Of a DNA stretch of 64,000 nt, positions 59,308 to 64,000 are shown piece after piece. Made by a program: the position numbers and the translations under genes. Position 1 is the first letter of the stretch. Each line of letters starts with the position of its first letter. The notes below the pieces were generated by a model that worked only from the letters and a program-made list of their open reading frames with translations, was not told where the DNA came from and searched no databases. The stretch comes from Phycisphaerae bacterium. GTDB lineage: Bacteria > Planctomycetota > Phycisphaerae > SM23-33. The DNA lies in contig JBHGBE010000009.1 in assembly GCA_041946855.1 (NCBI GenBank), positions 7,838-71,837 of the forward strand, written 5' to 3'.

Positions 59308-61944
59308 ATGAACGCGACAAGGTTGCGAACGCTATTGGCCGGAGTTCTGTTGCTGCTCGCGGGCGCCAGCCAGGCCCCCGCGGCCAACATATACTGGCAG
59401 CTTGCGGGAGAGGGCGACTGGTCGGTCGGCCTCAACTGGTCCACAACTACTGGCCCCACAAGTGCCGACAGCGCCTACGTGAACAACCTCGGCACCGTGG
59501 ATGTGACGCAGCCGGGCGCGGTGTGCAACTACCTGTACCTGGACGCCGGCGGCGTCATCCTGAGCGGCTCCGGCCAGTTGACCGCCGGCTACGCCAGGAT
59601 CGCCAACTCCGGCACCTCCAACGCCACGTTCGCGCAGAGCGGCGGGAGCTTTGCCACCACCAACGACTTGATCGTCGCTGCCAACAGCGGGGCCATTGGG
59701 GCCTACTCGTTAAGCGCGGGGCAGTTGACCGCCAAGTCTGAGTCTGTCGGCAGCTCCGGGATGGGCACGCTGACCCAGACCGGCGGCATCAACACGGTGA
59801 CCAGCACCTTGACCCTTGGCGCCAACGCTACCGGGAACGGGACCTACCAGTTGAGCGGGACCGCGCAGTTGACGGCCCTGTCCGTAGTGATCTCGCCCAA
59901 GGGCGCGGGCACTTTCGCCCAGACAGGCGGGACCGCCACCGCCGGCCTGGTGACGGTGGGCACCACCGGGCAATACCAGCTAGGCGGCGGGACACTCCAA
60001 GTCTCATCGGGCCTCGCTCTGCCCGGCGGCACGCTGGACTTCATGTCAGGCCCAGGCGCCCTGTCCGCCAGTAACGCGATAGTGGACTTCTCAAATGGAA
60101 CCATCCAGAACGCCGGGGCGGCTACGCTGACCATCGGGCCCAATTCGCTGCTCCTGCTGAAGCCGTCGCAGACGACGACCTCTTTTGGCGCGCTCAACAA
60201 TTCAGGCATGGTCCACACGGTAGGGGCCACGCTGACGGTGCTGACGGGCCAGGGATTCAGTGGGATTGGTACCATCACCGACTTCGTGGATGTGCAGGGC
60301 GGCCTGATCCAGACAGGGACACTCATGAACCTGACAGGCGGGCTGTTTGTGTCAGGCACGGGCAAGGTTGACCTGGGTGGCGTGGGGGGAGGCGGCCAGT
60401 TGATCAGCGAGAGCAGTCTCTCGGGCATCGCGGATTCCGGATCTCTTATTGTCACCAATGAATACGTCGGTTACAGGAACAGCGACAAGGCGATCTTCAC
60501 GCAGACGGGCGGGACAAACCATTCTCAGAACTTCTGGGTCGGCTACACGCAGAACTTCATGGCCGGTGTTGCCGGCAGCGGCACTTACCGTAACAGCGGC
60601 GGCACCCACCTGGTCGACGGCACGTTCATGCTTGCGAACATGGGCGATTTCATGGGCGGGGTGGCGTGCAGGGGAGGATACGAACTGAGCGGCGCGGGGA
60701 CGCTGACAGTAAGCGGCACTGAGATCGTCGGGTGGGCCGGATACGGCACGTTCATCCAGACGGGCGGGTCGGATACCGCCAAGGTGCTGGTTATAGGAGG
60801 CGGCGCCACCGGTGCCGGAACGTTCCAGTTGAGCGATGGCGCCTTGACGGTGGACCAGGACGAAATCGTCGGCAGCCTCGGCGGGACGCCTTCGAGGCCC
60901 AAAGCGGCCGACTCCTTCACGCAGACCGGCGGGACCCATATTATCGGCGGCAATCTCTACATAGGCTACCAGGCAGGTCAGCAGGGCGCCTCCGGCAACT
61001 TCACGTTGAGCGGCTCGGGACAGTTGACGGTCAACCATGATGAGTACCTCGCCTACGCCAGCACCCGAACCAGCACGTTCACCCAGACGGGCGGCACTCA
61101 CACGGTCGGCGGCGAGCTCACGCTTGGCTACACCGCGAGCTCCAACGGCGTATACCAGTTGAACGGGCCGGGGCAGTTGACGGCCGGGACCCTCAATATA
61201 GGGTATCTGGGCACGGGCGATTTCAGCATTGGCGATCCGGCCGCCAGCGTCACCGTCACGAACGTGCTCAGCTTCGGGCGCTACGGCGTCTTCACGGCCG
61301 CAAGCGGCAGCGCCATCCATATCTCCGGCACGGCGATGAAGAACCTGAGCCTGTCCTCAACAAGTCTGTCGGGACTGGGCTACCTGAACCTGATCGTCGA
61401 GGGCGGGCCGTCGATGACGACGAGCATAGAGGCGGCCGGGAAGGACCAGGGCGCTGTCGCGGCCGGGTGGACCGATAACTTCGTCCTTGGCACGCTGACC
61501 CTCGGCGGCGCGGCCGCGGGGCGCATACGGCTTGTCGACAACACCATAAACCAGGTCGGGCCCGGCCCCGGCGCGCCGGAGGCGCTCTACGTCAACAACC
61601 TGGTGATGAACGCCGGCGCGGCCGTCGACCTCAACGGCCTGAACCTGTACTATATGAAGGGCGGCGAAGCCAAGCAGCTCTTCCCCGGCGATGCCAACCT
61701 CGACGGCATAGTTGACATGACGGACTACATCACGTGGTTCAACAACTTCGGCTCGACGGCCGGCATCGGCTGGACCAGCGCCGACTTCAACGGCGACAAC
61801 CTCGTGGACATGACGGACTACATAACCTGGTTCACCTACTTCGGCCAGGGCGGTTCCACCGGAGTGCCTGAACCAGGCACTCTTGCCCTGGTCGCGCTTG
61901 GCGGGGCGGCTATGATTGGCCCAAGACGCGGGAGGCGCGGATGA
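59308..61944 (+). CDS. PEP-CTERM surface protein with beta-helix-like repeats and a dockerin-like domain
   Basis: Signal peptide, recurring F[TA]Q[TS]GG repeats, GDANLDGIVDMTD/ADFNGDNLVDMTD, then VPEP-TM-basic tail. Confidence 0.9.
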   Translation: MNATRLRTLLAGVLLLLAGASQAPAANIYWQLAGEGDWSVGLNWSTTTGPTSADSAYVNNLGTVDVTQPGAVCNYLYLDAGGVILSGSGQLTAGYARIANSGTSNATFAQSGGSFATTNDLIVAANSGAIGAYSLSAGQLTAKSESVGSSGMGTLTQTGGINTVTSTLTLGANATGNGTYQLSGTAQLTALSVVISPKGAGTFAQTGGTATAGLVTVGTTGQYQLGGGTLQVSSGLALPGGTLDFMSGPGALSASNAIVDFSNGTIQNAGAATLTIGPNSLLLLKPSQTTTSFGALNNSGMVHTVGATLTVLTGQGFSGIGTITDFVDVQGGLIQTGTLMNLTGGLFVSGTGKVDLGGVGGGGQLISESSLSGIADSGSLIVTNEYVGYRNSDKAIFTQTGGTNHSQNFWVGYTQNFMAGVAGSGTYRNSGGTHLVDGTFMLANMGDFMGGVACRGGYELSGAGTLTVSGTEIVGWAGYGTFIQTGGSDTAKVLVIGGGATGAGTFQLSDGALTVDQDEIVGSLGGTPSRPKAADSFTQTGGTHIIGGNLYIGYQAGQQGASGNFTLSGSGQLTVNHDEYLAYASTRTSTFTQTGGTHTVGGELTLGYTASSNGVYQLNGPGQLTAGTLNIGYLGTGDFSIGDPAASVTVTNVLSFGRYGVFTAASGSAIHISGTAMKNLSLSSTSLSGLGYLNLIVEGGPSMTTSIEAAGKDQGAVAAGWTDNFVLGTLTLGGAAAGRIRLVDNTINQVGPGPGAPEALYVNNLVMNAGAAVDLNGLNLYYMKGGEAKQLFPGDANLDGIVDMTDYITWFNNFGSTAGIGWTSADFNGDNLVDMTDYITWFTYFGQGGSTGVPEPGTLALVALGGAAMIGPRRGRRG

Positions 61945-61957
61945 GAAAGGGATTCAC

Positions 61958-62773
61958 ATGCCGGCCATGACCGCCAGATCGCGCGCGGCATTCACGCTCA
62001 TCGAGCTGCTGGTCGTCATCGCCATCATCGCCCTGCTGGTGGCGATCCTGGTGCCGTCGCTCCAGGCGGCCCGCGACCTGGCCAAGCGGATGCCCTGCGC
62101 GGCCAACCTGAGGTCCATGGGGCTGGGGGTGCAGACGTACACCCAGGAAAGCCAGGAAGTGCTTCCGCCCAGGGATTTCTTCGGCGGCGCCAGCGTAATG
62201 AGCGCCTCCATGCTGCTCTGGGGCGACAAGATAGTTCAGTATTTCGACCAGTCGGCCCGTCCTCCCAAGGCAGGCGAGAGGGGCGACCTCGCCTCCTCGG
62301 TCGGTTGCCAGCCGGCCAGCGGGAACTACAGCGTCTCGCTGGGATGCAACCCCAACGTCAAGTACTCCCGCTCCATGCAGTGCGTGGCCCAGAAGAACGC
62401 CAATGCCTATCACTACGGCTGGGTCTACTCGACGTGGAACGGCAAGTGTACGGGCTGGCGGATTACCTCACCCGCCCTGCCTCCCAAGAAGCTCTCTGAT
62501 TTCCGCCCGATGGACTACTGCGTGATCGTGGAGCCTTCCTGCCAGTTTACCGTGCCTCAATATGGCGCGTTGTTCGGCGACTTCCCCGCCTTCTGTGCCG
62601 AGCAGGACAGATACGTCAACTTCGTCATCGCCAACGCGCCTCACCGCAAGACATTCAACGGCCTTATGCTCGACGGGCATGTGACCAACTTCACAACCGA
62701 CTTCCTGGGCAAGTGGTACGCCACGTCCATAGCGAACAACTGCGCCCAGTACCCGTTCAATGTTCCGCAGTAG
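61958..62773 (+). CDS. Prepilin-type N-terminal cleavage/methylation protein with H-X9-DG motif
   Basis: AFTLIELLVVIAIIALLVAILVPSL; C.ANL; HRKTFNGLMLDGHV. Confidence 0.92.
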   Translation: MPAMTARSRAAFTLIELLVVIAIIALLVAILVPSLQAARDLAKRMPCAANLRSMGLGVQTYTQESQEVLPPRDFFGGASVMSASMLLWGDKIVQYFDQSARPPKAGERGDLASSVGCQPASGNYSVSLGCNPNVKYSRSMQCVAQKNANAYHYGWVYSTWNGKCTGWRITSPALPPKKLSDFRPMDYCVIVEPSCQFTVPQYGALFGDFPAFCAEQDRYVNFVIANAPHRKTFNGLMLDGHVTNFTTDFLGKWYATSIANNCAQYPFNVPQ

Positions 62774-62804
62774 CCTTAACGCCGCCAGGAAGGGCAAGCA
62801 CGTG

Positions 62805-63659
62805 ATGAAGGCTGCCACGGCGGCGACGGCCATCCTGGCGGCCCTCTGGCTTGTCCTTGCCGGGTGCAGGGACGAGCCCCCGAACCCACCCCCCGCGCAA
62901 CCGGCCGTGGAGCTGCCCGGCATCGACGTGGACCTGGGCGGCAGCGTGACTATGAAGCTGCTCCTGGTCCCCGCGGGCGAGTTTATGATGGGCTATCCCA
63001 ACGGTGATCCCGAGCGCCCTCGCGACGAAGGCCCCCAGCGGAGGGTCGTCATCGCCCAGCCGTTCTACATGAGCGCGTGTGAGGTGACGCAGGAGCAGTA
63101 CGAGCGAGTGACGGGCGTCAACCCCAGCAGGTTCAAAGGGCCGAAGAACCCTGTCGAGACGGTGAACTGGGACGACGCCGTCGAGTTCTGCCGCAAGTTC
63201 TCCCGGAAGACGGGCATGACGGCCCGGATCCCAACCGAGGCCCAGTGGGAGTACGCCTGCCGGGCGGGCAGCGCGACGCGCTTCTGCTACGGCGACGACC
63301 GGGAGAACCTGCATTTCGGCGACTACGCCTGGTACGGCCCCAACAGCGGCGGCAGCACACACCCCGTCGCTCAGAAGAAGCCCAACGCGTGGGGCTTCTA
63401 TGACATGCACGGCAACGTGTTGGAATGGTGCGACCAGGGCGAGCAGGCCGCCACCGGCCCTGCCTCATTGTTCCGCCCGATCCGCGGCGGGGGTTGGATG
63501 GTAGGGGCCTGGCTGTGCGCATCCGCCCGCCGCGCGGGCGATCCCCGCACCACCAGCGCCGACCATCTCGGGATTCGCCTGGTCGTCGACGCGCCGGCCG
63601 CGAGCCGGCCGGCATCCCACCCGGCCGGCGCGAATGCCTCCATTGCGCCGGGTAGCTAG
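62805..63659 (+). CDS. FGE/SUMF1-domain lipoprotein
   Basis: LAGC lipobox; PAGEFMMG, EVTQEQY, PTEAQWEYACRAG and DMHGNVLEWC. Confidence 0.9.
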   Translation: MKAATAATAILAALWLVLAGCRDEPPNPPPAQPAVELPGIDVDLGGSVTMKLLLVPAGEFMMGYPNGDPERPRDEGPQRRVVIAQPFYMSACEVTQEQYERVTGVNPSRFKGPKNPVETVNWDDAVEFCRKFSRKTGMTARIPTEAQWEYACRAGSATRFCYGDDRENLHFGDYAWYGPNSGGSTHPVAQKKPNAWGFYDMHGNVLEWCDQGEQAATGPASLFRPIRGGGWMVGAWLCASARRAGDPRTTSADHLGIRLVVDAPAASRPASHPAGANASIAPGS

Positions 63660-63725
63660 ACACTTGGCGCGCCCCACGCCCGCGGCTACCATCATGCCGC
63701 CAGACTTGTCCGGCGGGAGAAGGGC

Positions 63726-64000
63726 ATGATTTCTCGCGTACACAGCAGCATCCTTCAGGGCATCGACGCCATCGCCTGCGAGATCGAGGTCGACGTCTGC
63801 GGCGGCTCGGAGATCGAGTTCAAGCTGGTCGGGCTGGCGGCCGAGGCCGTCCGCGAGTCCATCTCCCGCATCCAGTCCGCGCTGCGGAACAGCGGCTATC
63901 GCTGGCCAGGGCCAAAGGTCGTCATCAACCTCGCCCCGGCGGATGTCAAGAAGGAGTCGGCGGCGTTCGACCTGCCCATCGCGCTGGCGGCCGCGGCGGC
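63726..64000 (+). CDS. comM: YifB/ComM Mg-chelatase-like ATPase, 5' part
   Basis: Hand translation: MISRVHSSILQGIDA..EVDV..LVGL..AVRES..INLAPADVKKE..FDLPIA. Confidence 0.88.
   Translation, partial: MISRVHSSILQGIDAIACEIEVDVCGGSEIEFKLVGLAAEAVRESISRIQSALRNSGYRWPGPKVVINLAPADVKKESAAFDLPIALAAAA

Overview
High-GC bacterial DNA; gene content (PEP-CTERM plus dockerin, prepilin with an H-X9-DG motif, MoxR-DUF58-BatA/vWA operon) suggests Planctomycetota, probably Phycisphaerae (inference). Bases 1-16.6 kb are the right part of an integrative element at the 3' end of tRNA-Tyr(GTA). It carries a tyrosine integrase, XRE/AlpA/Xis-like regulators, a Rep-DnaB fusion, a polyvalent-looking HD hydrolase with an unrecognised repeated domain, and a type I RM operon with four embedded candidate defence genes. 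Bases 16.7-64 kb are chromosomal: dtd, TolC, PMM/PGM, a parS site, a MutS2 lacking Smr, lemA-htpX, tandem amidases, nadC, rtcA, a nine-gene MoxR/vWA operon, PEP-CTERM genes and comM. The strongest non-coding signal is a set of long hairpins built from inverted arrays of 7-, 8- or 9-bp tandem repeats. They sit at gene junctions (5 of 8 junctions of the MoxR operon), and one encloses a four-helix-bundle gene. All family assignments come from motif recognition by eye; no database search was run.
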